The notes beneath the pieces were generated by a model that worked only from the letters and a program-made list of their open reading frames with translations, was not told the origin of the DNA and did no database searches. The position numbers and the translations under genes are program-made. DNA of 64,000 bases from contig CACXPT010000004.1 of the NCBI GenBank assembly GCA_902769585.1, positions 1,689-65,688 on the forward strand, read 5' to 3'. This document shows positions 1 to 9,092 of the stretch, piece after piece. Within the stretch, counting starts at the first letter, position 1; each line of letters starts with the position of its first letter. This DNA comes from an uncultured bacterium (GTDB taxonomy: Bacteria > Verrucomicrobiota > Kiritimatiellia > RFP12 > UBA1067).

Positions 1-402
1 CGCGGCGTCGGCGGCGTGGAAGGGGCAGTCGACCGGCTGCATGAACACGCGTCCGTGCAGGTTGAGTACGGCGAAGCGGCAGATCGGGGTGGTGATCAGC
101 CGCCAGCCCTTGCCGGGAGCCTCGGGAGCGAAGTTGGCGGGGCGCACCAGGTTCTGGAGCTGCCCGATGGTAGGCGCGAACTCCTTCTGTCCCCAAGTGT
201 GGTCGCCCATCGTGATGGCGTCGACGCCGGCGGCGGAAAGCTCGTTCGCGATGGCGACGGTGATGCCGGATCCGGCGGCGGCGTTCTCGGCGTTGGCGAT
301 GACGGCGGCAAGGCCAAGCTCCTTACGGATCCCCGCGAGCTTCTCCTTGATGATGCGTCGGCCGGGGCTGCCGACCACGTCGCCTAGCATGAGAATCTTC
401 AT
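1..402 (-). CDS. YmdB-like metallophosphoesterase (TIGR00282-type), N-terminal 134 codons; 3' end lies outside the window
   Basis: Absent from the ORF track because it is open at the window edge. My reverse-complement translation from the ATG at 402 reads MKILMLGDVVGSPGRRIIKEKLAGIRKELGLAAVIANAENAAAGSGITVAIANELSAAGVDAITMGDHTWGQKEF. The GD-x-vG, ANxENaaaGxGit and GDH motifs are typical of the YmdB family. The + strand ORFs 16..387 and 41..406 are antisense artefacts. Confidence 0.75.
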   Translation of the reverse strand, partial: MKILMLGDVVGSPGRRIIKEKLAGIRKELGLAAVIANAENAAAGSGITVAIANELSAAGVDAITMGDHTWGQKEFAPTIGQLQNLVRPANFAPEAPGKGWRLITTPICRFAVLNLHGRVFMQPVDCPFHAADAA

Positions 403-947
403 GTGAGACCGCATGCTGAAAGGGCCACGAACAGTCCGCCTACGGCGGTGCAGATCGCTCCTGCGGCGCGGACGCGCGCGGGCGACGAGGCGAGCCAGGC
501 GAGCGCCTGGCGGATGCGCCACGGGTAGAACATGCCGTACATGCCGACCACGATGCACACGTATGCGAACACCACGAGGGTGAGGCGCCACTGCGTGTCG
601 CAGAGGCGGATGACGGGAAACATCTCTGCCGGGAAGAGCATGAAGAGCGCGCACACGCCGCGTATCGGCAGCAGGTTCGGCATCCACCAGCACGTCAGGA
701 TGGTGAGGACGATGGCGAGGATGGGAAGTTCCATGGGAAACGCCTTGAGGAACTTGTCGAACACGTCGATGCCGATGGTGTGGCACTCGTATGCGGTCCA
801 TATCCAGCCCACGGCGCAGAGGATCCAGCCTGCGATGACGTTCCGGGGAAATGTGCGGCAGAGATCCCCCGCGCGTGCGGTGAAGACGAGAGCGAACAAC
901 CCCGCCGCTAGGGTGGGCAAACCGAGAATTAGAAACCAAGCTGTCAT
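399..947 (-). CDS. Hypothetical polytopic membrane protein (182 aa)
   Basis: ORF 399..989(-); about five hydrophobic helices. I prefer the start MTAWFLILG at 947 because an extended -10 box sits 7 nt upstream. Its stop overlaps the ymdB-like start (ATGTGA), which suggests a two-gene operon. Confidence 0.6.
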   Translation of the reverse strand: MTAWFLILGLPTLAAGLFALVFTARAGDLCRTFPRNVIAGWILCAVGWIWTAYECHTIGIDVFDKFLKAFPMELPILAIVLTILTCWWMPNLLPIRGVCALFMLFPAEMFPVIRLCDTQWRLTLVVFAYVCIVVGMYGMFYPWRIRQALAWLASSPARVRAAGAICTAVGGLFVALSACGLT

Positions 948-954
948 GGCGGCT

Positions 955-963
955 ATTCTACCA
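955..963 (-). promoter_or_regulatory. Extended -10 box TGGTAGAAT, 7 nt upstream of the ATG at 947 (leaderless-type promoter)
   Basis: The minus strand reads aaatatGGTAGAATagccgccATGacagc. There is no Shine-Dalgarno. The same architecture occurs at five other genes in this window. Confidence 0.45.
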
Positions 964-1042
964 TATTTTCCCGTGGGTTGCGGAAACATTTGCCGTCGGC
1001 CGAAAAATCGCGTAAGATTTCCGGGCTCGGCGCGAGTAACGT

Positions 1043-3253
1043 ATGAGACCAGGTATGCAAAAGACCACGAAACGGCTGCTAATTGCGGGCGGCGTCCTTG
1101 CGGGCGCGGTCGCGGCGGCGCTTTGCGCTGCGTGGTTCGGCATAGACTGGACGGACGAGGGGTCCGACGACTATGCCGGCGGAGTGGTGCTGCGCGACGC
1201 GGGAGGGGAGGTGCTGCGCGTGTCCTTGGGCGAGAACGACGTGGACTGCCGCCCGTACTATGTGGCCGATCTCGACGACTGGATCGTCAAGGCGCTCGTG
1301 GCGTCCGAGGACGGGACGTTCTGGGAGCATTGCGGGGTCCGTCCGCTCAGCATTCTCCGCGCGACATTGCAGAACCTCTTCTACCGGCGGCGAATCTCCG
1401 GGGCGTCCACCATCACTATGCAGGCCGTGCGGCTGATCCGTCCGCATCGCAAGACGCTGTGGTGGAAGTTCAAGGAGGCGGTGATGGCGCTCAAGATGGA
1501 GCGGGCGAAGGACAAGAGGTGGATACTTTCCCAGTACCTCAACCGCGCGCCGTACGGGTCCAACTTCATCGGCATAGAGGCGGCGGCGAACGGCTGGTTC
1601 GGGAAGGGCGCGAAGCAGCTGGGGCTTGGCGAGGCGGCGATGCTGGCGGGGATGGTGCAGGCACCGAGCCGGTTCCGGCCGGACCGCGGCTTCGAGCGGG
1701 CCATCAGGCGGCGCGACTACGTGCTGGGGCGCATGAAGGCGCTCGGCATGATAACCGACGACCAGATGCGCGGGGCGCAGTCGGTCCGCCCGGTCGTATG
1801 CCGCGCGCCTCGTCCGTTCCGGCATCCCTACTTCTGCGACTGGGCGTTGCGCCATCTCGGTCGCGACCGCGCCGCGCAGCGGCATGGCGGCGACTACGTG
1901 ACGACACTGGACGCCGACGTTCAGGAAATCTGCGACAAGGCCGTGGCCGAGGCGGCTGAGAAGGGCGGCTACTCGGTGGCAGCAGTCGTGATGCGTGTCG
2001 ACACAGGCGCGGTGACGGCTCTCGCCTGCAGCGGCGACTACCTTGGCGGCGAGGCGGGACAGGTGAACACGGCGCTCGCGCCTCGTCCGGCGGGATCCAC
2101 GCTCAAGCCGTTCCTCGTGGCGCTCGCGCTCGATCGCGGCTTCGTGACGCCGGAGGAGCGCCTTGCCGACGTTCCGACTGCCTTCAAGGGGTATCGCCCA
2201 GCGAACTTCGACGCGAGGCACCGTGGCATGGTGACGGCCCGCGACGCGCTCGTCCTCTCGCTCAACATCCCGTTCGTGCGCCTGCTGAAGGATGTGGGGA
2301 TCGAGCTTTTCGGGAGCACGCTGCGCGACCTCGGCCTCTCGAACATGCACGAGCCGGACGGCGCGTTCGGTCTGGGCATGGCCATCGGCAACGTGGAGGT
2401 GACGCTCATGGAGCTGGTGACGGCGTACGCGGCGGTGGCACGCGGGGGGATATGGAAGCATCCGTGCGCCTTCGTGCGCGAGGCTGAGGCGGGGCAGGAA
2501 GGCAGGCGCGTATTCTCCGGCGGCGCGTGCTATCTCGTGAGCGACATGCTCTCGGGAGACGAGCGCAGCGCGGCGGCGCTGGGGCATGTGGCGGACGTGG
2601 CGGCTTCGCGGTTCGCGTGGAAGACCGGTACGAGCGCCGCGTATCGGGATGCGTGGACGGTGGCCTGGAACCCGGACTACGTGGTGGGCGTGTGGTGCGG
2701 ACACGTGTCGGGAGGTTTCGGGGACACGACGCTCGTGGGCGTGAAGGCGGCCGCGCCGCTCGCGTGGCGCATCGCGCGAGCACTCTATCCGCGCAACGAC
2801 GGGCCGTGGTTCGTGGAGCCGGGCGAGGTGATCCACAGGCGCGTCTGCTCGGTGACGGGCCTTCCGGCGAACGCGGACTGTCCGGCGACGGAGGACGGGC
2901 GGGCGCTCGCTGCGCGGAGCGGTACGGCGCTCTGCGGGGTCCATTACCGCGATTTGGACGGGAACGTGAAGGAAAGGCCGCGGGCTGGGTCTGCGCTTGC
3001 CATCTCCAGGCCGGAGGACGGGGCCGTGTTCAAGGTGGTGCCGGGCGGGATCCGCCAGAGGATCGTATGCCAGGTGGCTGGCAATCAGGCCGGTTCGCGA
3101 CTCTGGTGGTTCGTGGACGGACAGCCGGCAGGCGAGAGCGTCGGTTCCGAGCCGTTCGCTGTGGAGCCGACGCCCGGCCGGCACGCCGTCACTTGCACCA
3201 CCGCGTCCGGCGACAGCGCCACTGTGACCATCCAGGTCGGCGACACACTGTGA
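1043..3253 (+). CDS. pbpC: Penicillin-binding protein 1C (bifunctional transglycosylase/transpeptidase)
   Basis: 736 aa. N-terminal TM anchor; GT51 motifs (EDGTFWEHCGV, STITMQ, RKxxE); transpeptidase region (GSTLKPF, KTGTS). The C-terminal extension with VCSVTGLPANADCP resembles the PBP1C C-terminal domain. Confidence 0.85.
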   Translation: MRPGMQKTTKRLLIAGGVLAGAVAAALCAAWFGIDWTDEGSDDYAGGVVLRDAGGEVLRVSLGENDVDCRPYYVADLDDWIVKALVASEDGTFWEHCGVRPLSILRATLQNLFYRRRISGASTITMQAVRLIRPHRKTLWWKFKEAVMALKMERAKDKRWILSQYLNRAPYGSNFIGIEAAANGWFGKGAKQLGLGEAAMLAGMVQAPSRFRPDRGFERAIRRRDYVLGRMKALGMITDDQMRGAQSVRPVVCRAPRPFRHPYFCDWALRHLGRDRAAQRHGGDYVTTLDADVQEICDKAVAEAAEKGGYSVAAVVMRVDTGAVTALACSGDYLGGEAGQVNTALAPRPAGSTLKPFLVALALDRGFVTPEERLADVPTAFKGYRPANFDARHRGMVTARDALVLSLNIPFVRLLKDVGIELFGSTLRDLGLSNMHEPDGAFGLGMAIGNVEVTLMELVTAYAAVARGGIWKHPCAFVREAEAGQEGRRVFSGGACYLVSDMLSGDERSAAALGHVADVAASRFAWKTGTSAAYRDAWTVAWNPDYVVGVWCGHVSGGFGDTTLVGVKAAAPLAWRIARALYPRNDGPWFVEPGEVIHRRVCSVTGLPANADCPATEDGRALAARSGTALCGVHYRDLDGNVKERPRAGSALAISRPEDGAVFKVVPGGIRQRIVCQVAGNQAGSRLWWFVDGQPAGESVGSEPFAVEPTPGRHAVTCTTASGDSATVTIQVGDTL

Positions 3254-3343
3254 AAAACGCATGCGCCCCGTCTCCGCCAGTGCTGACCGGATCGGTGCGC
3301 AAGCATTCTGGAAATTTGATATACTTTGCCGTGGAGACAAGGC

Positions 3344-4132
3344 ATGAGTCAACGTATTTTCATCAGTAGCGTCCAACGCGAGTTCGCAAAGGAACGCAAA
3401 GCGCTCGCCGAGTATGTGCGCAAGGACGCGATACTCGGGCGATTCTTTGACGTGTTCCTTTTCGAGGAAGTCCCGGCGCAAGAGCGCAAGGCTGACGGCG
3501 TCTATTTGGCGGAAGTTGACGCATGCGACATCTATCTCGGCATTTTCGGCCACACGTACGGCAACGTTGATTCATCCGGCGTCTCGGCTACCGAGCGTGA
3601 ATATCTGCGGGCGGCGAAGCGCCACAAGACACGGGCGATGTATCTCAAGGGCTACATTGAGAAGTCCGGTACTGGTGACATGATTGCGAAGTGTGCCAGT
3701 TGGGGAGTTCCGGCGCCCGAATGGTACGAGGACGACCCCGACGACTTTCGCGTTGTCCTGAAACGCCCTGTTCCCGAAGTCGGGGCGGAAAAAATGGAAC
3801 AGGAAAGTAGGGTGAAAAGTTCGGTGAAAACTAGGGTGAAAAGCAGAGGCGAGAATTGCAAGAAAGTCTTTGGAAATAACGGCGAACGCACGCAATGTGG
3901 AAAACGGGGCGGTGGAAAAAGTTCGGTGAAAAGTTCGGTGAAAAAGTTGTCGAGCGCAGAGAAGATAGTGGCATATCTTCGCACTACTCCAACTGCATCA
4001 GCACATGAACTGTCGATAGTTGTTAATCTCACAGTTAGGGCAGTCGAGAAGAATCTAAGGACGTTAAGAGAATCTGGTCGTCTCCGCCGCGTCGGCCCCG
4101 ACAAAGGCGGCCATTGGGAGGTGATCGGATGA
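3344..4132 (+). CDS. DUF4062 N-terminal domain joined directly to the C-terminal tail and wHTH of a Schlafen/AlbA_2-HATPase_c_4-type putative DNA-binding protein; probable internal-deletion remnant
   Basis: MSQRIFISSVQREFAKERKAL..CDIYLGIFGHTYG..SATEREY matches the DUF4062 pattern. It is followed at once by YIEKSGTGDMIAKCASWGVPAPEWYEDDPDDFRVVLKRP, which resembles the end of the HATPase_c_4 module. Then come an SSVK repeat linker and a wHTH (EKIVAYLRTTPTASAHELS...GRLRRVGPDKGGHWEV). The AlbA_2 domain and the ATPase core are missing. Confidence 0.6.
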   Translation: MSQRIFISSVQREFAKERKALAEYVRKDAILGRFFDVFLFEEVPAQERKADGVYLAEVDACDIYLGIFGHTYGNVDSSGVSATEREYLRAAKRHKTRAMYLKGYIEKSGTGDMIAKCASWGVPAPEWYEDDPDDFRVVLKRPVPEVGAEKMEQESRVKSSVKTRVKSRGENCKKVFGNNGERTQCGKRGGGKSSVKSSVKKLSSAEKIVAYLRTTPTASAHELSIVVNLTVRAVEKNLRTLRESGRLRRVGPDKGGHWEVIG

Positions 4133-4247
4133 AATCCGCCAATCGCACAATATTTATCGCGCCGAAGTGCACTGCACGAAGGCGGATCGCGGGCATGGGC
4201 ACGTCCCCGTCGGAGCTGACGGAGACGGAATTTAAAGAGGGACTTGC

Positions 4248-5423
4248 ATGAAGAAGGTAACGCGAACGAAAAGCTCGACTCTGGTGAAGAGCAGCGGAGA
4301 GGCGCAATCCTATTCCTCGTGGATTGCCGACCTCAAGCGCAGGTACCGCGCAACGCAGATCAAGGCGGCGGTTGCCGTCAATTCTGCGTTGATCGAATTC
4401 TACTGGAACCTCGGTAAGGACATTAGTGAGAAGTATCCTGGAAAGAAAAGGAATATCGCTTTCTTCGCAAATCTGAGTAGAGACCTTTGTTCTGGAATGT
4501 CCGACATCAGTGGTTTGTCCGAGAGAAATATTCGGTATTCGCTTGCCTTTTACGAGTTGTATGGTTATCTGCCACAACTTGTGGCAGATAAGAAAACTGG
4601 TGTTTATCGTCCGCAAGTTGTTGACGATAGCGGACATGAGGCTTATCTGCCACAAGCTGTGGCAGATAATGAATTAATTGTGCAGCAACTTGTTGCACAA
4701 TTGGTATCTGTTCCATGGGGGCATCATCGTACAATCATCGACAAGTGCAAGAGGAATCGCGACAAGGCGCTTTTCTATGTGCGGCGCACGATCCAGAACG
4801 GGTGGAGCCGAAACTCGCTCTTGAACTGGCTTTCAACCGACCTCTACGAGCGTGAGGGCAAGGCGCAGACGAACTTTGACCTGACGATGCCGTCCGACGA
4901 CTGCGACCTTGCGCGGCAGCTCGTGAAGGATCCGCAGAAATTCGAGGTTTTCGGATTGAGCGAGGAGTATTCGGAGAAGGAGCTCAAGGCCGCCATCGTC
5001 GCCAACATCGAGTCCACGCTCCTTTCATTCGGCAAGGGCGTCGCGTTTCTTGGGAAAGAGTACCCTGTTGAAGTTGGCGGCGAGACAAAGAACATCGATC
5101 TGCTCTTCTACATCGTGCCGTTGCATCGCTATCTCGTCGTGGAGGTCAAGACCGGCAAGTACGAGCCTGCCGATCTCGGACAGCTGAGCGGCTACATGGC
5201 GATTGCGAAGCATGTCTTGAACACGCCGGTCGACAACCAGCCCGTCGGGCTTCTCATCTGCAGGGAACACAACCGCATCCTCGCCAAGTACCATTTGGAG
5301 GAACTTGGCCTGCCGATGGGCATCACCGACTACGAGCTCAAGAAGGTACTCCCCACCAAGGCGCAGTTGGCCAAGTGCGTCGCCGACGCAGAACGGCAAA
5401 TCGCCGCAACGAAAGGCGTGTAA
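4248..5423 (+). CDS. YhcG-family PD-(D/E)XK nuclease (DUF1016)
   Basis: 391 aa. N-terminal IKAAVAVNSALIEFYWNLGKDI, then VSVPWGHH..II, LFYV..TIQNGWSRN.L; C-terminal nuclease core IDLLFY..LHRYLVVEVKTGKYEPADLGQLSGYM. This is the typical DUF1016 layout. Confidence 0.85.
   Translation: MKKVTRTKSSTLVKSSGEAQSYSSWIADLKRRYRATQIKAAVAVNSALIEFYWNLGKDISEKYPGKKRNIAFFANLSRDLCSGMSDISGLSERNIRYSLAFYELYGYLPQLVADKKTGVYRPQVVDDSGHEAYLPQAVADNELIVQQLVAQLVSVPWGHHRTIIDKCKRNRDKALFYVRRTIQNGWSRNSLLNWLSTDLYEREGKAQTNFDLTMPSDDCDLARQLVKDPQKFEVFGLSEEYSEKELKAAIVANIESTLLSFGKGVAFLGKEYPVEVGGETKNIDLLFYIVPLHRYLVVEVKTGKYEPADLGQLSGYMAIAKHVLNTPVDNQPVGLLICREHNRILAKYHLEELGLPMGITDYELKKVLPTKAQLAKCVADAERQIAATKGV
4565..4591. repeat. 27-bp perfect palindrome TTATCTGCCACAA-C-TTGTGGCAGATAA inside the YhcG gene
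   Basis: Read directly: 13-bp arms with a 1-nt centre. It encodes YLPQLVADK. Confidence 0.9.
4643..4669. repeat. Second copy of the palindrome, TTATCTGCCACA-AGC-TGTGGCAGATAA
   Basis: Read directly: 12-bp arms with a 3-nt centre, 78 bp downstream of the first copy. It encodes YLPQAVADN. Confidence 0.9.
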
Positions 5424-5663
5424 GATTTGCACGGTTTATCCGAGTAACAATTAGGACACCGAAACGTTATGGCATCTTGGAGCAAAGAAGAAATCAAAAT
5501 CTCGGGCGGTACGGAAGTACTGGCTCAGATGTCTGACATCTTCCAAAGGCGTTCCGCAGTCCGTGTTTGTTGCGAGGTGTCATTGAATGGATCTCTCGCT
5601 GCGAAAAGGGCGCTGAGGCCGGGGCGTTTAAATGTGCAAAGTACGAGAAAGGATAATTAAACT

Positions 5664-7802
5664 ATGGCTTTAAAAGTCTGGATAGGTGAGAATCTTGATC
5701 GAAGACACGAACAGGAGCAGATGAAGGAATTCCTGTCGTTGATGCATGCCTATTACGATAATCAACCGGCAACTGTTCATGTGTTGTGCAATTTTATATG
5801 TGGGGGGAGTCAGATTGATGCCGCTGTTGTAAAGACCGATGCTTTTATTCCAATAGAGTTCAAGACGGCAGGGGGGCCAGTCTATGGTTCTGAGAACGGG
5901 AAGTGGAAGTTTGAAGATCCCGATACGTGTCGTGAAATCCAACTTGGCGGCGGGTCGCATGCGTCCAATCCATACAACCAGGTTGCTAATGCGCGAACTG
6001 CGGTAGCGCAAAAATTGGAGGTAAACGAGAATGTGTTTTTCCGTCGTCATGAATGTGATCGTGTTGCGGATTGGCGGCATTTCGTTCATGGGCTTGTAGT
6101 CCTCGCGCCAAATCTTGATCAGGGACTTGAGGACGAGATTGATGTCGACTTCTACGCGAAACCTTGGTTCGACTGCTGTCGAATGAAGGATGTTGCTGAG
6201 GTGGTGTCAAAGACGACAACTCGTGACGGGGATTTGTCGAACAAAAATATTCTCAAGATTATAAGTCAAGTTCTGCATCTTGAGAGTGCAGAGATGCGTG
6301 ACGGGGTGCCCGTGCTTCAAGGAACCATGGATTTCGAGGGCGAGTCTGAATCTGATGCGCCGTTGACTAAGTCTGCTGACAATTTTGGACAGACATTGGG
6401 AGATCTGTTTCCAGGACAGCCTCAATCGGATGCGAAGGAACCGGCTTCGCCGAAACCCTTGCCGAAGAAGCAGGTTATCAAGGCTCCCACTCCTGTAGAA
6501 ACAAAATCGTTGCTGTCAGTAAAGCCGGGAGCGAAGCCGTTACAGCCACCACCGCCGCCGCCAGGAACCACTCCTGCGGCCGTGACGAGGAAACTGCCGA
6601 TTGACGATCCGCAAGTGACGACGTCCTTGGAGAATATCAAAGGGTTCGTGTGCGAGGATTTGCCAGAATATGTTGAAAACAATGTCGTTGCATGTGCCAA
6701 GCCGAATGCTGCCGATCTTCCTGTTCCGATCGAGGGTGATTGGGATTATGTGATTGAATTGAAGTTCAAGGGCGATGCAAAGCGTGCTTTAGCGGAGGTG
6801 AACAAGTATTGGGCTTGTCCATATACGCATCCGTATATTGCTGATGATGTCATTGTGTGGAGATTCCCCGAGGCGAGTAGTGTTGAGAGCAAGGAGAATG
6901 ATGAAATACGAAGTGTGGCACTACAGGGAATCGGCTTTCTGCCGCCGATTATAGAAGATTTTATATCCGAACATCCCAATGCTCGGTATAGCCCAGATGC
7001 TTTGACGGCATCGTCTAATCTGACGGCTGACGCACAGCGAGCCGAATGGTACCTCGGGACTTATTTCCCGCGGAGCTTCTGTGAGACGTTTGCGATTTTC
7101 GATTACATTTTTGCTAAAAAGTATGATGAATTGAAGATCAGCGATAGACTTTCCATCTTGGATGTCGGAATCGGATCGGGTGGAGCGACATATGGCTTGA
7201 TTTGGGCCCTGCGGAAGTGGTTTAAGAATCAGATAAAAGAGGTCAACGTTATTGGTTATGATGGCAATGATCACGCGCTAGAATTGTGCGGAGATATTGC
7301 GTGCGTATTGGCATCGAGCTGGGAGGCGCCTTTGAACGTCAGCATATCTAATGTACAGATCACCTGGGACGCTATGAACGTTATTGGAAATCAGAAGTTT
7401 GATTTCGTCCTCGCATCAAAAGCCATTCAAGAGATGACCGGAAGGTTTGTGTACGATGATTATGTGTCGCTCTCGAAATCCGTTTTAAAGCCTACCGGTG
7501 TAGCCATGTTGTTGGAGATTTTCAGTGAGGTTCGGCAGTCTCAGATCAGGGCATCGTTGAAAGCGCTTAATACCGATTTTCGACTTTTGCTATCGTCACT
7601 AGAGGCCCCGGCTGGTGCTACTTTTGGCGTGATTTCAAATCTTACGACACAGATTATGGAGGAGGCGATTTCGTTTGCCGCATGGGGGGGCAGCGAACTT
7701 TCCGCCGAAGAAAAGTCTGAAATCGAAGTGGTGTGTCGCAAACCGCGGAAGAAAGCTGGTAAGCGTAAATCAAACATCCCGTCAATCATTCCGTCAGTAT
7801 AA
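5664..7802 (+). CDS. NERD (nuclease-related) domain + Pro-rich linker + Rsm22-like class I SAM-methyltransferase-fold protein (gene 1 of the 5-gene operon)
   Basis: 712 aa. NERD-like core ..HVLCNFICGGSQIDAAVVKTDAFIPIEFK.. (about 5814-5864). Linker KPLQPPPPPPGTTPAA. C-terminal WYLGTYFPRSF...LSILDVGIGSGGATYGL (motif I at 7158-7184), VIGYDGND, FDFVLASKAIQEM. No NPPY/DPPY or PC motif is visible. Confidence 0.65.
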   Translation: MALKVWIGENLDRRHEQEQMKEFLSLMHAYYDNQPATVHVLCNFICGGSQIDAAVVKTDAFIPIEFKTAGGPVYGSENGKWKFEDPDTCREIQLGGGSHASNPYNQVANARTAVAQKLEVNENVFFRRHECDRVADWRHFVHGLVVLAPNLDQGLEDEIDVDFYAKPWFDCCRMKDVAEVVSKTTTRDGDLSNKNILKIISQVLHLESAEMRDGVPVLQGTMDFEGESESDAPLTKSADNFGQTLGDLFPGQPQSDAKEPASPKPLPKKQVIKAPTPVETKSLLSVKPGAKPLQPPPPPPGTTPAAVTRKLPIDDPQVTTSLENIKGFVCEDLPEYVENNVVACAKPNAADLPVPIEGDWDYVIELKFKGDAKRALAEVNKYWACPYTHPYIADDVIVWRFPEASSVESKENDEIRSVALQGIGFLPPIIEDFISEHPNARYSPDALTASSNLTADAQRAEWYLGTYFPRSFCETFAIFDYIFAKKYDELKISDRLSILDVGIGSGGATYGLIWALRKWFKNQIKEVNVIGYDGNDHALELCGDIACVLASSWEAPLNVSISNVQITWDAMNVIGNQKFDFVLASKAIQEMTGRFVYDDYVSLSKSVLKPTGVAMLLEIFSEVRQSQIRASLKALNTDFRLLLSSLEAPAGATFGVISNLTTQIMEEAISFAAWGGSELSAEEKSEIEVVCRKPRKKAGKRKSNIPSIIPSV

Positions 7803-7820
7803 CAAACAAGGAGACAATCA

Positions 7821-9092
7821 ATGAAGCCTATCTATGTTCCCGAATCGAAACTTGATAAAAATCAGCAAACTGTGTACGATCTGAAACTTGATGCCAGCTT
7901 CATCGTCCAAGGCTGTGCCGGTAGTGGGAAAACCTCGCTGGCCATGTTGAGGATGCAGCAGAAGCTTGCGGAGGATAGAGCATCCGATGTGACAAAGTTC
8001 TATTACATCGCGTTCGTCCGCGAGTTGGTAGAGTGCATTCGTCGAGACATTCGCAACTGTCCTCAGCTTCGGGATGTTGCGCAGAAAGATGATTTCTTGA
8101 TTACCTACAGCAATTGGGAAGACGGAGTAATTTCAGATTGGATGAGAAAGAAATTCAATATTAATCCCCGAGATGGCATGCGCCGGGCCCGCGAGCGTGA
8201 ATGGAGGGGGCGTATTTACCAGAATGTGGATATCGCTATTAATAAACAACCTGATTATCTCTTTGTCGATGAGTGTCAGGATTTGGAGATGAATGATATT
8301 CAGGACCTCGTGAATAGTGTTAGGGTCGGTATTGCATTTTATGGCGATGACGCGCAGCACATTATGAACTGGACGGATCGTACCCCGGTACTGCTTGAAG
8401 ACATTAAGAGAGCGTATCCAGATAAGTTTCCCGTGATTCATCAATTACTGAGAAACTATCGACTGCCCAAGGAGATTGCGGCATTTGCCCAGGAGATCGG
8501 GGGTAAGAGTAATCTGGCGGCGCACTGCAGGAGTCCATACCATGAAAAGCCGGTGCTGAAGTGCATGCCGTCTCCGGATGCGGCTGTAGAATATATGGTG
8601 GAGCGCATACGCAATCTTGATTTACAAGATGTGGCTGTTGTCGTGCCGACCAATGAGGATTCAAAGGCGGTTTACGAAGTCATGTCTCGACTGCTTGGTA
8701 GCAGTGCCGTTTCTGCATCGTGGGACATTGACCATGAGGCTGGGGCGGTTGAAGGCGAGGATTATTCTTACCTTCGCGACACGCGTGTAAAGGTGATGAC
8801 CTATGAGAAGGTCAAGGGACAGCAGTTTGAAACGGTATTCCTTTCAGTGTATGATGAGATGGGTGCGGAGCAAATCAAACGCTTTTATGTTGGTATTACT
8901 CGTGCCGAACGCTTCTTGTATGTACTATACACTGATCCGATGCCTGCCTGTTTGCGGCAGGTTCCGCGTGACTTGTATAACACGACAGACGAAGTTTTGA
9001 ATTTTGAAGGACTTTACCGTCCAGGATCAAATAACGCTGAAGAAAACGCGACGGAGGCAGCCGCCATGGTAGAAGAAGGAGAAGATTGGTAA
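7821..9092 (+). CDS. Compact UvrD/Rep-like SF1 ATPase/helicase (gene 2)
   Basis: 423 aa. Walker A GCAGSGKTS (7911-7937); motif II LFVDECQDL (DECQD at 8268-8282); YGDDAQ; C-terminal VMTYEKVKGQQFETVFL and FYVGITRAERFLYVLY (UvrD_C-like motifs V/VI). AAGGAG Shine-Dalgarno lies upstream. Confidence 0.75.
   Translation: MKPIYVPESKLDKNQQTVYDLKLDASFIVQGCAGSGKTSLAMLRMQQKLAEDRASDVTKFYYIAFVRELVECIRRDIRNCPQLRDVAQKDDFLITYSNWEDGVISDWMRKKFNINPRDGMRRAREREWRGRIYQNVDIAINKQPDYLFVDECQDLEMNDIQDLVNSVRVGIAFYGDDAQHIMNWTDRTPVLLEDIKRAYPDKFPVIHQLLRNYRLPKEIAAFAQEIGGKSNLAAHCRSPYHEKPVLKCMPSPDAAVEYMVERIRNLDLQDVAVVVPTNEDSKAVYEVMSRLLGSSAVSASWDIDHEAGAVEGEDYSYLRDTRVKVMTYEKVKGQQFETVFLSVYDEMGAEQIKRFYVGITRAERFLYVLYTDPMPACLRQVPRDLYNTTDEVLNFEGLYRPGSNNAEENATEAAAMVEEGEDW

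Noticed and set aside
1079-3553. 824-aa minus-strand ORF opposite pbpC, plus many other 60-470-aa ORFs overlapping recognised genes throughout 36-63 kb
   Set aside because: They are antisense or off-frame to genes with clear family signatures. The translations are Arg/Pro/Ala-rich with no motifs.
5469-5660. 63-aa ORF upstream of the operon as a small regulator or antitoxin
   Set aside because: No Shine-Dalgarno and no recognisable HTH or other motif. The composition is unremarkable, and the region more likely holds the operon promoter and 5' UTR.
5664-7802. Reading gene 1 as a classical restriction-modification DNA methyltransferase
   Set aside because: No NPPY/DPPY or PCQ catalytic motif and no target-recognition-domain-like region were seen. 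The motif order resembles Rsm22-like small methyltransferases instead. It is kept as 'MTase fold' only.
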